DNA from: a virus
Virus record (IMG/VR): IMGVR_UViG_3300028840_002150
Location: 1-64,000 of that record
Reading direction: 5' to 3' (one strand)
DNA length: 64,000 bases
The notes under the pieces were generated by a model. That model saw only the letters and a program-made list of their open reading frames with translations, did not search any database and had not been told where the DNA came from. The position numbers were made by a program, and so were the translations under genes. Every line of letters begins with the position of its first letter. Positions within the stretch are counted from its first letter, which is position 1. Of the stretch, positions 38,712-48,923 are shown in pieces.

Positions 38712-38803
38712 ATTCGGCAGAAAATTCCGATATCGGGCCAATATCACCGGCCCGCTGGCGAATAACCTAGTAGATGACAACTACCCAACCATCGGAGAAA
38801 GCC

Positions 38804-38998
38804 ATGTCCATTCGCCTGATTATCACCGACACCAATTCCGACCAAATTCACGACGCGGTTTACCCCACGGTCGACGCGGCCATTGAAGCCGCTCGGCGAG
38901 CGGTCGGGACCGCCCGCCGCCCCAACTACAACTCACTGCGCCGCAACTTCGTCGCCCGCAGCAAGGGCGTCGAATTCTGGATGGGTTACGAGGGGTAG
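38804..38998 (+). CDS. Small hypothetical protein
   Basis: Motif, leader and GGAG upstream. Confidence 0.6.
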   Translation: MSIRLIITDTNSDQIHDAVYPTVDAAIEAARRAVGTARRPNYNSLRRNFVARSKGVEFWMGYEG

Positions 38999-39083
38999 CC
39001 CGCTCGCCGGTGGTATTTTGGCAATATCACCGGCCTGCTGGCGAATAACTGGTAGACGACACACAACCACGGGAGCACGTATC

Positions 39084-39722
39084 ATGGAACGTAGGATTGA
39101 CATTTCCGACGGGAAAAGCATTCGCGCGGCATTGAAAGCCGATTTGGGCTACAACGCTCGCCAAGTCCGCATTCGCATGGAACGCTACTCCATGGGGCGA
39201 ACGGTCAATGTGACTATCGCCGATCCCGCCGTCGATTACTCGGCGATCCGGGAATGGGTGTCTAGCAACGTGGAGCGGATTCACCGCTGCCGGGTAACCG
39301 GCGAAATCCTGAACGGCGGCAATACCTACACGGACATCGGGTTGACCGAGGGCGTTGCCAAGGCGTGGGCCATGCCGCTGGTCAATGCCATCCGCGAAGC
39401 GGCGGCCCGCCAGGAAGGCAACAGCGCCGAACCGGTGGAAGGGCTGAACCTGCTCGTTTGGCCCGGACAATGGGACGACCAGGAGACATTTCACCTTACC
39501 CGCCGCGACGCTCCGAACAACTGGCGGTGCCCGTACTTATCCCGAAACGAACGCGGCTTTGAGCGGGCCGCCCTGTGCGCGTTCATGGATCTTGGGAATG
39601 AGGTGTACGCGGTTGACGAGCAGCCGGACGAGGCGACCCCGGAACCGGAAATTATCCGGTTCCCGCCCCCCGCCGAACCGCAAGTTGACATGATTGAAAT
39701 CGAAACCCTGGCATGGCTGTAA
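39084..39722 (+). CDS. LPD29-like domain protein
   Basis: KSIRAALK..LG...VRIRM.RYSMG.TVNV.I.D pattern. Confidence 0.5.
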   Translation: MERRIDISDGKSIRAALKADLGYNARQVRIRMERYSMGRTVNVTIADPAVDYSAIREWVSSNVERIHRCRVTGEILNGGNTYTDIGLTEGVAKAWAMPLVNAIREAAARQEGNSAEPVEGLNLLVWPGQWDDQETFHLTRRDAPNNWRCPYLSRNERGFERAALCAFMDLGNEVYAVDEQPDEATPEPEIIRFPPPAEPQVDMIEIETLAWL

Positions 39723-39755
39723 TGGCCGCGCTGATCTACGGGAGGGAATAACCAA

Positions 39756-40112
39756 ATGGCAGTGAATCACACACCGGGACCGTGGACAACGCTCCCGCCA
39801 CGGAATCCGCTCTACTTGGCGCATGCTACCGATTACGACCGCGTAGGACAGCGATGGCTTTACATTGGCGGGAACCGTGGACCGTCATGTTTTGTAGCGG
39901 ACTTAGTTATCTCAAGATGCGACGAAGGAACCGCCAACGCCCGGCTGATCGCCGCGGCGCCGGATCTACTGGAAGCGTGCAAGGCCGCCTTAAAAGAGGT
40001 GATCGCCATGAACGCCAAGTTATGCGACCTTCACGGGGTGGCCCATAGCACCGCGCTGATCGGGTTGATGCTGGAAGACGCCATTGACAAGGCGGAGGGA
40101 AATGACCAATGA
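39756..40112 (+). CDS. Conserved phage protein (HTPGPW...ANARLIAAAPDLL family)
   Basis: Both signature motifs present. Confidence 0.7.
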   Translation: MAVNHTPGPWTTLPPRNPLYLAHATDYDRVGQRWLYIGGNRGPSCFVADLVISRCDEGTANARLIAAAPDLLEACKAALKEVIAMNAKLCDLHGVAHSTALIGLMLEDAIDKAEGNDQ

Positions 40113-40919
40113 CCATCCGTTACATCACCTGCGGCCAGCTCACAGCGGACCCGGACCGCATAGCACCGGTCTCGGAAGTACGTTGCCGGGACTGCGGGGC
40201 CAACGCCCGCAACCGGGACGCCAAGGAAGTCTGGGCGGTTCACAATCGGGCCGCCTATTGTTTGGAGTGCATGCACGAAGCCACAAGAGACGGAGGGCGA
40301 TTGCCCGACGCGGAGGGATGAAGATGGAAACGCAACCGAAGTACATGGTGGGCGGCGGAGCGGGCCAAGTTCCTTGCGATCCGATTGCCGCCAGCCTGGA
40401 ATCCGCCAAAGAGGCGGTGGGCAAGCTGAACGCGCTGATGGAGATGGGCGAAGAACCCGGCTCGGTCTGGTCTATCGGGGACCTGATGACCGAGGCCGAT
40501 GCCCGCGCATTGGACGCGGCGTGCTGGGACCTGCTGGAGCGGATCGAACAGGACAAGTTTGGCGGGAGTCTGCCGATATGAGATTACTGCGCGAGCGGAT
40601 CATCTACCACGGGGAACGAATTCCCCGGTTTTATCGGGTCGCATACGAGGACTGGTTTACCTGGTCCGTCTACGCGTACCCGGTCGGCGTTCATTGGCTG
40701 GCCAGGTGGGCGCGGCGGCTACACGAGCTGTCCTATCGGTATCGGGCGAGCAAAATGGAGGAAGTCATCGCGGAAGCCAAACGGCAAGCCTACAGCCGAG
40801 GACGCCAGGCGGGAGAAGCGGCGGTCCGTCGGGAATGGGAAGCCGAGCGCCGGGAACGCGAACGCCAGGATGCGGAACTGGGACGCATTGCAAGGACGGC
40901 GCTCTACGGCGGCAACTGA
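40109..40919 (+). other. Three coupled small genes (40109-40321, 40318-40581, 40578-40919)
   Basis: ATGA overlaps. Confidence 0.55.
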
Positions 40920-41141
40920 CGGCGGGCTGTCCGTGGCGGGGCCGGTCCCCAGCCGCTCCGAAGAAACTCCCCCTGACCCGATGCAGTCCGGGGGAGCATC
41001 GGCTCGGGGGCCGGCTATTTTGCGATTGGCCGGATCGGTCCGGATTTTGGCCGGATTTTTCTGGTACGCTTCCAATATCGGCGCACCGGTGGCGAATAAC
41101 CTAATGTAAGACACAACCAACCGCCAACCGGAGCACGAAAC

Positions 41142-42346
41142 ATGACGACCCGCAAACTGACCTACATGCGACACGGCGAACCGCGCACGACCACCCTTAC
41201 CGCCCGCAATGAGATGCGGTTATCGGACGCGCTGGATCGGCTCGCCGTCCACGGGCTAACCCAGACCCTCATTTACCAAGACATTGGCAACCCGTTTGTC
41301 CTGGTCCTGCAGGATTGGTGGCCGAACGGGCGGGAGACCGCGGTTTGCATCCGCACTCGCGGCAAGTATCGCGGCCAGTCGGTGGGGTTCGCCCTGCGGC
41401 CGGAGGAGGGCCGCGAGGCCGCATGACGGAAGTTCAGGTCCGCGACGCATTACCATTTGGAGCGAGCCATGAAAGTGACTGCAATTCCGCAAGTCGGTGG
41501 AATGATGGCGTTTCGCATTGTCGGCGATGTGCCGTTTGTGCCACCGCTTATTGAATTTTCCGGGAGTAAGTATTGCTTGGATTACGAGACGCGGACCCCC
41601 GGAGTATGGCTGGCCGTCAACGTAGATGACGAGTACATGCCGCATTTGCCAATCGTGAAGGCCGAGTGATGGGGGCAATGCTGCGGATCGTCCGGCGGGC
41701 CGGGGCCTGGTGGATTACCGGGTCCGGCCTGCCGGTAGAACCACGGGACCTGACAGACGACAGCCGGAACATCCCGGTTGACGCAATGGGACCGTATGAA
41801 CGCAAGGTGGAAGCGGAGGAAGACCGCAAATCCATTGAGCGGTTCCGAAAAACAAACTGGAGGCTGTACCGATGAAAAAAAGCGGATGGGTTGAGGTGGA
41901 CCGGCTGACGTGGGGCAGTAAGCTGGCCGCCATGCTTAGCGATGGCGGGGATCAAGTTTCCGGCGGTGATCTGTTCAGCGGGGGCTCGTTTTCCGAGTGG
42001 GGAATTGGTGGGGTGGCTCAACTACGGTCGGAAAACCGCAACGGGGCCGTTCTGTATTTTGAATTCGTTCCATCGGAGTAAGGCCATGAATTACGGGGAT
42101 GTGATTTGCGATCTTCACGACGGGCTTTCGCTTCCGGATGGTGCAACGCTGGTCAAGTCGTTTAAGGTGCGATCATCGGGCGGTCCGGAGTTTATCCGGG
42201 CAACGTTGCGCGACCAATGCGTTACGGACCACTACACCAACAAGACGGTGGTCGTCATCGGGGAAGCCGATAACGGAAACCTGATTTGCGCGGCATCTTA
42301 CGACGCGTGTTCGTTGCATTTTTTTGAAATCGCGGGGCTGACGTAA
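41142..42346 (+). other. Five small genes (41142-41426, 41469-41669, 41666-41875, 41872-42081, 42086-42346)
   Basis: Motif at 41073; RBSs and overlaps. Confidence 0.55.
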
Positions 42347-43179
42347 TGCCGGAGCTTATCGAATACACCTCGGCCACCAAAATGGCCGCGGTCTACAGGC
42401 GATCCATCGCGAGAATCCGCCGCGTGCTGGTAGAATTGGCCGACGAATGCGAAGCGATGAACGCGGCTTTCGACGAAGCCTACGCGTTCAACATCGATTT
42501 GCAGGTAGGCGGTGAGCGAATGAAGCCGGGGGTGGAAGCCGCCGACCGGATTTCCGACTACATGAAGCGGCGGGCGTGGTCCGCCCTGGTAGAAAAGCTG
42601 GGTATCCGCAAAATCATGTCCAGCACACGGCAGGCCGAATTGGACGAAGCGCTGCACCCGGACCGCCGTCGGCTCGGCTACGGCGAGCAACCGCCGGATC
42701 TGCCGGAGATCGACGAGGACACCATCTACGACGTGCTTTCGGGAATGGTCCAGTCTGCGGACGAATTTTTGCAGGAGGCCATCACCGAAGAATACGACTG
42801 GTGGAAGCCGAGAAAGTCATACGCGAACTACAAGCGAAACTCGGAATTTCGTCTCAATCGCAGGGTGATTCGGCCGTGGATGGTCGAGCGGGAATGGAAC
42901 CGCTGGAGGCCGCGCTATCACAACGAGTCCCATGTCACCGCGCTGGACCGGATCTTTCACGCGCTGGACGGTTGCGGAATTCCCCCAGGCCATTACGGGC
43001 CGCTCGGGGAGGCCATCCGGTCATGTGGGCCCGAGGGCCGCGGGGAAACCGTTTATTTCGTCTTCCGCTGTTGCAAAAACGGCAACCTACATCTGGAGTT
43101 CAAGCGGCAAGACCTGTTAGACCGGTTCAACGAAATCGCCGGAAGGAATAGACTGCCCAACCCGGAGGAGGCCGCATGA
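42346..43179 (+). CDS. DUF4942-like protein
   Basis: AW..L....IRKIMS, LDRIFH.LDG, ET.YF.FRC.KNGNLHL.FKR.DL...FN..A. Confidence 0.75.
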   Translation: MPELIEYTSATKMAAVYRRSIARIRRVLVELADECEAMNAAFDEAYAFNIDLQVGGERMKPGVEAADRISDYMKRRAWSALVEKLGIRKIMSSTRQAELDEALHPDRRRLGYGEQPPDLPEIDEDTIYDVLSGMVQSADEFLQEAITEEYDWWKPRKSYANYKRNSEFRLNRRVIRPWMVEREWNRWRPRYHNESHVTALDRIFHALDGCGIPPGHYGPLGEAIRSCGPEGRGETVYFVFRCCKNGNLHLEFKRQDLLDRFNEIAGRNRLPNPEEAA

Positions 43180-43990
43180 ACCCGCACGCATACCAACCGT
43201 TCACGACCCGCCACGGATGGGAAGAATGCCGCCAATGTCACATGCCCGAAAACCACCCAGTCCACCACGTCGGGGACGCATCGGTTCTGGATCGCGAATC
43301 GGCGTGTACCGGAGTAGTTTGGTACCGGGTACAATGCGGAATGGTTAAATCGGTCAAGTGGTCAACGACGGCCGTCGAAACGGCAGACTCGCTGCGGTCG
43401 CGGTTTTCCGAATGGTTTCCAACCGCTGAGTACCTGGGGTGCGCAATCAAAACGGCGACGGGGGAGGTGACGCGTGGAATTTGACGGGATGAAAGAGTTT
43501 CGGGCCGAGTGTATTTGCGGCGCAATCCTGCGTCCACGGGCCGCGCTGAACTGCATGGGGCAAGTCGATCTGGCGGCGCCGACGTGGTGTCCACAATGCG
43601 GAGGCGTGCTAAATTGGCGAGTGTATCGCATGGTCAACGGCAGCTTTTGCGTGGTATTGACCGAAGTATCCCAACCAAGGAACACGAATCATGAATCTTG
43701 ACCGGGCCAAGGAACTGACCGCCGCTTGTGTAAACGCCTACATGCCGATCATCCTGGGCGGGGAACGGAAGCCCCTGCCGGATGTTCCGCTGGCGGATCT
43801 ACTCGAGGCGAACCGGGTAGTATCGGATGCCCCGCGCGAGCAGCGGGAGGACGAAGAAGGCCGGACTGTCACCGTGCTACTGACGACGGTGGATGACCGG
43901 CTAGTCGCGGCCATGTACGCTCTGCAGCACTGCGGCGGGCCGGGCCGATTACTGGACGCGCTGGGTTATTCGGTAGAGGAGCAACGTTGA
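43176..43990 (+). other. Three coupled small genes (43176-43484, 43474-43701, 43691-43990)
   Basis: Overlapping start/stop; CxxC motifs. Confidence 0.5.
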
Positions 43991-44307
43991 TGCCCGACTC
44001 CGACGGCATACCGTGCCCGGATTGCCATGGAACCGGCCAGCAGGACATATACTTCCTGCGCAAGTCGGACGGAACCTGTGACCCCCACCGCCGCATCACC
44101 TGCCAACGGTGCCGGGGAACCGGGCAGATTACCCAGCGGGATCGGGAGTGGATCGAGGCGGGCCAGGCCATGCGCAAGGAGCGGCTGTCCCGCGGCATGA
44201 CCCTCCGCCGGGAAGCCGCCAGGAGGGGGCTCAAGCCGTCCACCCTATCGGCCATGGAGCAAGGGCGGATTTTCCCGGTCCCATCGGGTAGGTGGGGTAA
44301 CAGGTGA
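43987..44307 (+). CDS. DnaJ-type Zn finger + XRE HTH protein
   Basis: CPDCHGTG, CQRCRGTG; R..RGMTLRREA.R.GL.PS.LS.MEQG. Confidence 0.7.
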   Translation: MMPDSDGIPCPDCHGTGQQDIYFLRKSDGTCDPHRRITCQRCRGTGQITQRDREWIEAGQAMRKERLSRGMTLRREAARRGLKPSTLSAMEQGRIFPVPSGRWGNR

Positions 44308-44518
44308 CGGAGCGGCGTTTTCTTTTCATCGCGGCTTGCACCGCACTTTGGGCCGTGGGTATCCTGGTATATAGCCTCGGCGTGTGGCTCGGGATTTGGT
44401 AGCCCGAAAAAAGGAAAAAGATTTTCCGGTATTGTTTCAATATCTGCCGATGGGCAGCGAATAACCTATTGAAAGGACACGGGAAATGACAAACGCAACG
44501 CAAGCAGGGAACACGAAA

Positions 44519-45162
44519 ATGAAAACGCAAAGCCAAATTGACCGGATGATCACCAGCCTGCAACCTGGGCAAGCGGTCGAAATCAGCCGGACAACCGCAG
44601 GACATTGCACGGTGGAACTGAGCGGCGACGGCCAGACTGTCAGGTTCGTACGGCACATCGGGGACAGCAGCACGGTTTACAAGACCTGCCGCAAGTGAAC
44701 CTGAAGGACACGGACATGACCGACGAAGAAATTACCCGCCGCGAAGACCTGGAGGCCGAGATGACCCGGCAATATCGCCGGGAGGTGGCCAGGATAGCCG
44801 ACGAGCGGCACGAAGTCGCTGGGGTGTGGTGGGAGGATTGGGCCACGGAGAAGGCGATTACCGCGGCCTGGGGATCGCCGGAAGCGCGGGAACAAGTGTT
44901 AACCTAATCATGGGGAGTTGAGGCGATGACGAGCACAACCTACACCGTCACAATCAAAACCGAGAAACGCAACCCGCAGACATTCAGATCCGGCAAGTAC
45001 CACGTCGCCCGTGATGCGTCAGGCTCGTGGCGAGCCTTCGGGGAATGCGACGGCAATAAAACCGATCGGCAAATTGCCGAGTACCTATTTCATGTGGACG
45101 AAGTTAAGGCTGTCGGTCGCGACGGTAACGGGGATATGGTAGTTGAAGTTATTGGATCGTAA
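44519..45162 (+). other. Three small genes (44519-44698, 44716-44907, 44926-45162)
   Basis: Motif at 44438; RBSs; terminator follows. Confidence 0.55.
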
Positions 45163-45199
45163 CCGCTCATCCTGTGGTTGGGATGTGTGTTGTGTCGGA

Positions 45200-45234
45200 G
45201 CGGGGCCCGGTGGAAATCGGGCCCCGCTTTTTTT
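45200..45234 (+). terminator. Intrinsic terminator
   Basis: GCGGGGCCCG/CGGGCCCCGC plus T7. Confidence 0.85.
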
Positions 45235-45329
45235 GCGGATCGGCAGATATTCCGCCAATATCGGCGGCCAAGCGGCGAATACCTAATAGATGACGCAACC
45301 AATCACCCACTAACCCAGGAGACGCGACA

Positions 45330-45626
45330 ATGCCAGCAGTTCCCACGAAATCCGTTGAAATCGACGGCATCACCATCAACATCCCGGTCGGCTCGCTCGA
45401 CCCGCCTACGGCCGAATCCGAGGCCATCATGCGGGACCACCACGACCCACGAGGCTGGAAGTACCCCATGCGTCCGTTCGCCACGATGGACGCCGAAGTG
45501 GCCGCCGATCTGGCCTACTGCTACGGTTGGTATCTCGGGGGCCACGAGCATACCATCGAGCACACCCGCCACGGGCAGATTCACATTGTCAATAGCAAAG
45601 GCTATTACCACTATGTCGGGGCGTAG
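45330..45626 (+). CDS. Small hypothetical protein
   Basis: Motif and AGGAG upstream; GWKYP..., SKGYYHYVGA. Confidence 0.65.
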   Translation: MPAVPTKSVEIDGITINIPVGSLDPPTAESEAIMRDHHDPRGWKYPMRPFATMDAEVAADLAYCYGWYLGGHEHTIEHTRHGQIHIVNSKGYYHYVGA

Positions 45627-45773
45627 GCCCGCCGGTGACATCGGGCCCGGTCAAGGAGGACCGGGCCTGTTTTTGGGTATTCCGGAAAATTCCGATATTC
45701 GGCCAATATCCGACACCCCCTGCCGAATAACCTATTGATGACACACGACAACAACCAACGCGGAGAACGGAAA

Positions 45774-45989
45774 ATGGCAACTCGGGAAGTTTACGAGGCG
45801 GTCAAGCGATTCGGGCGCATCGGCGAATTGGACCTGCGGGCGGAAATGGAAACCTGCGGATGGGACTGGCCCGAAGTGGACAGAGCGATTGACGCCCTTT
45901 GCGACATGGCCGAAGAGGGCGAAATTGAGTTCCGCGTGGGGCTCGGAAAAGACGCCGTTGGCCGTTGGGAGCCGGAATACGCGGCCTAG
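45774..45989 (+). CDS. Small winged-helix-like protein
   Basis: Motif, leader and GGAG upstream. Confidence 0.55.
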   Translation: MATREVYEAVKRFGRIGELDLRAEMETCGWDWPEVDRAIDALCDMAEEGEIEFRVGLGKDAVGRWEPEYAA

Positions 45990-46089
45990 CAAAAAGCGAC
46001 GGCGGGGCCGATTTCTTTCCAATATCGGCCCCGCCACGCCGAATAACCTATTGATGACCGACACAACACCAACCACCGGAGACCGACGA

Positions 46090-46880
46090 ATGACCGTCAA
46101 CACCAGCCAGTACGAATTTGCCCACGGGCACAAGCCGCGGGGGCAGGGGTTTTGGGCGTTCGAAATGACCTTCACCGACGGCCACGGCCGGTTTTCAACC
46201 GAGACCGTTTTCGCCAACGGTACACCGGCCCAAGCCCGCAAGCAGGCATGGCAGCAACTCAAGGCCGAGTGCGGAGCCGTTAAGGAACTGGTCGAAGTTA
46301 CCGTTCTTCCGTAACCCTTTCCCAACTGCAAAGGAATGAATCGTGAACGTAAGCCAAGATACCCGCGAGATGGTGGCCGAAATTCGCCGCCTGGTTGACA
46401 CCGTGGACATGCCCGCCGCCGACTTCTGCGAATTCGTGCGGGGCGTCACGTTCTACCGCAATGGCGGCATGGAAACAGCCCAGGCGGTTGAACTCGCCTT
46501 GGAGGAAGTTTTCACGACTGAAGAGGCGGCCAAGTACCGCATCGCCGAAACCGCCGCCTGAGCCAACGGAGAACGCCAAAATGCCACATCTGCTATCCGA
46601 AACCGCCTGTGAGGAAATCCGCCAACAAACCCCGCTCGTCCACCTGAACGGGTCCGGGCGGGAATCGCTGTGCGACATGCGGGAGGCCGTTTACTCCAAG
46701 CTGCAAGAGGCGGAAGACGCATTGCGGCAAATGGCCCCGAATGGGCGGGACTACTACATCGCCGAGGACGGCCCGCAACGGCTGGAGCGGGCCACGGCAT
46801 CGCACTTCCGCCGACTGGAAACATTGGCCCGCCTGATGGAAGAAATGGAACTTGAATGCGAGGCCATCCAAGGCCGCTAA
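46090..46880 (+). other. Three small genes (46090-46314, 46343-46561, 46581-46880)
   Basis: Motif at 46020; first gene has YEFAHGHKPRGQGFWAF. Confidence 0.6.
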
Positions 46881-46914
46881 CCGTCTACTCCGTGGTTGGG
46901 GTGGGTTGTGTCGG

Positions 46915-46959
46915 AGGCGGGGGAAGCCGGGCTTCGGTTTCTCCCGCCTTTTTTCTTTT
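46915..46959 (+). terminator. Intrinsic terminator
   Basis: AGGCGGGGGAAGCCG/CGGTTTCTCCCGCCT plus T-tract. Confidence 0.8.
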
Positions 46960-47048
46960 CGGATTTCCGGTATTCGGCCAATATCGGCGCGGACCGGGCG
47001 AATAACTGATTGATGAACGACACAACACCAACCACGAAAGGGGCCGAC

Positions 47049-48272
47049 ATGCACGAGCTGAAACGAAAGTTCGAGGGCAAGGCGTTGGCGGATTACCCGG
47101 AGACCACCCGGATCCGCCTCAACCTGATTGGAGGCGGGGCCGAATACGTGGAAGTCCCTACCGCCGAAGTTTTTCAGCCGGGCGACTGGTTGGCCCGCCG
47201 CTTCGCCGGCATCAAGTTTTCCCTCTGCGAGCGGGCCATGCGTAAGCGGAACGTCCCGCTTTACAACGTCAAGACCTTCGCCGTCGAAAGCCCCGAATGA
47301 TGGACGACCTAGCCGCCAAAATCAACGCCCACCTGGAAGCCGGCGGAGTCGTCCAGGTGACCACCTATCTCCGTAGTACGGTCTACAACGCCAAGCATAC
47401 GGGGTGGTTCTACGAGCGGGGCGGGGAGTTGTTCGTCCGGCGCGGGCGCTCGGCGGATTGCCTGTCCTGCGCCGGGCGTCCCGCTGTCGGGATTCGGTTT
47501 GGCCGGTATTCCTGAATTTCGGCCAATATCGGCCTATCCCCGGCGAATACCATAATGGAGGCGACACGATATGACCACCAACCACGGAGAACGCGAAATG
47601 GCCCGAAAACCCCGCGAGGAGCACACCCGCAACATCCTGAACTCCGACCCCCACGAATTGGACGAATACCTGGAGTACCTGGAAACGGAGGGCTACACGG
47701 TCCGACGGATCAGGGAAAGCCGAGACGGACGATACTGGGAAGTCACCTTCAGCTAACCCTACAGCAAAATAGAAAGCACACCCATGAAGTACGGGCCCGC
47801 AAACTCGAACTGGAAAGGCGGCACTCGTTCCAATTGGATGGGGGCCGGTGAACGCGCTTTTTGGCAGGCCGCCCAGGCAAAGAACCTGCTGAAGCGGATA
47901 TTGACCACGCATTGCGACGCGAGGGGCGAGCTGCCCGGATTCACGCGGGACGAGCAGCAATGGGCGATGCGGGTATGCCGCGAGCGTCCGGATTGGGCCG
48001 AGGACACACTGAAAAGCCTCGGGTTTCCGCCAAAATCTGCGGAGTAAATCGGAGACAAAGCCATGCCAAACCAAACCGAACCCCTCACGAAAGCATCCCA
48101 CTCCATCGGCTTCGCCATGGACGATCTACGGGCCGCGCTAAATCGGTCCGGCCCGGTGGAAGCCCTGGTCATTGCGGAGCTGATCCGCAAAGCGGCCCGG
48201 CTACGGAATGACATCTCCGCCCTACTCGGGGCGATGGAGATGGAGTCGGAGCGGACATCCACGGTGCCCTGA
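47049..48272 (+). other. Five small genes (47049-47300, 47297-47515, 47598-47756, 47784-48047, 48063-48272)
   Basis: Motifs at 46979 and 47524; RBSs. Confidence 0.55.
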
Positions 48273-48376
48273 TTTAGAACCGCCTGCCATTTGCCGATAT
48301 TTCGCCAATATTCCGCGCTTCCCGGCGAATACCTAAGTAGACAACACAACACTACTTACCACCGGAGGCGCGAATC

Positions 48377-48790
48377 ATGCAGGCTATCACCCACCACGAC
48401 CCGCTCAACATCACCACCCACAACGGAACGGTGACCGTCCACAACCCGAAGACCGGCAACCACCGCACGTTCCGTATCCGCACCCAGCCGGACAATGCGG
48501 AGTTTGCGCCGGGCGAGCGGGTGGTTTCCTTGCTCACCGGCCCGGACAATGAGGGCGACTACCGCGGCTTCGGCTTCGTGATGGCCGACGGCCGCATCCG
48601 GCTCTGGCGCCGCTGCCAAACCGCCACCTTCGAAGCCTACGCCCGCATCTTAATGAACCCCGACCACTACGCGATTCACCACGGGCTGGAGTTCATGTCC
48701 GAGGGCCGATGCCGCCGCTGCAACCGGACGCTCACCACCCCGGAGTCGGTGGCATCCGGAATCGGACCCGTATGTGCCGGCCGCGAGTAG
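48377..48790 (+). CDS. DUF6011-like Zn-finger protein
   Basis: CRRCNRTLTTPESVASGIGPVC. Confidence 0.8.
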   Translation: MQAITHHDPLNITTHNGTVTVHNPKTGNHRTFRIRTQPDNAEFAPGERVVSLLTGPDNEGDYRGFGFVMADGRIRLWRRCQTATFEAYARILMNPDHYAIHHGLEFMSEGRCRRCNRTLTTPESVASGIGPVCAGRE

Positions 48791-48923
48791 TGCCCGATAA
48801 TTTCGGCAAATCCGCCATTTCGGCTATCCCTACCCGCTTGACAGCCGGTAGGGTTTTTGCTTACCCTGATATTGCGTAAACATTAGGCAGCCGGTCCTAG
48901 TATTCGGGCAATATCGGGAATCC

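Larger units (their letters stand above)
37880..48331 (+). promoter_or_regulatory. Cluster of 13 CAATATC-N13-CGAATA motifs heading small-gene units
   Basis: Starts at 37880, 38095, 38383, 38739, 39022, 41073, 44438, 45256, 45704, 46020, 46979, 47524 and 48306; spacer always 13 nt. Confidence 0.85.

Noticed and set aside
37880-48331. CRISPR array
   Set aside because: The repeats have variable interiors, are hundreds to thousands of bases apart and are separated by genes; no cas genes seen.
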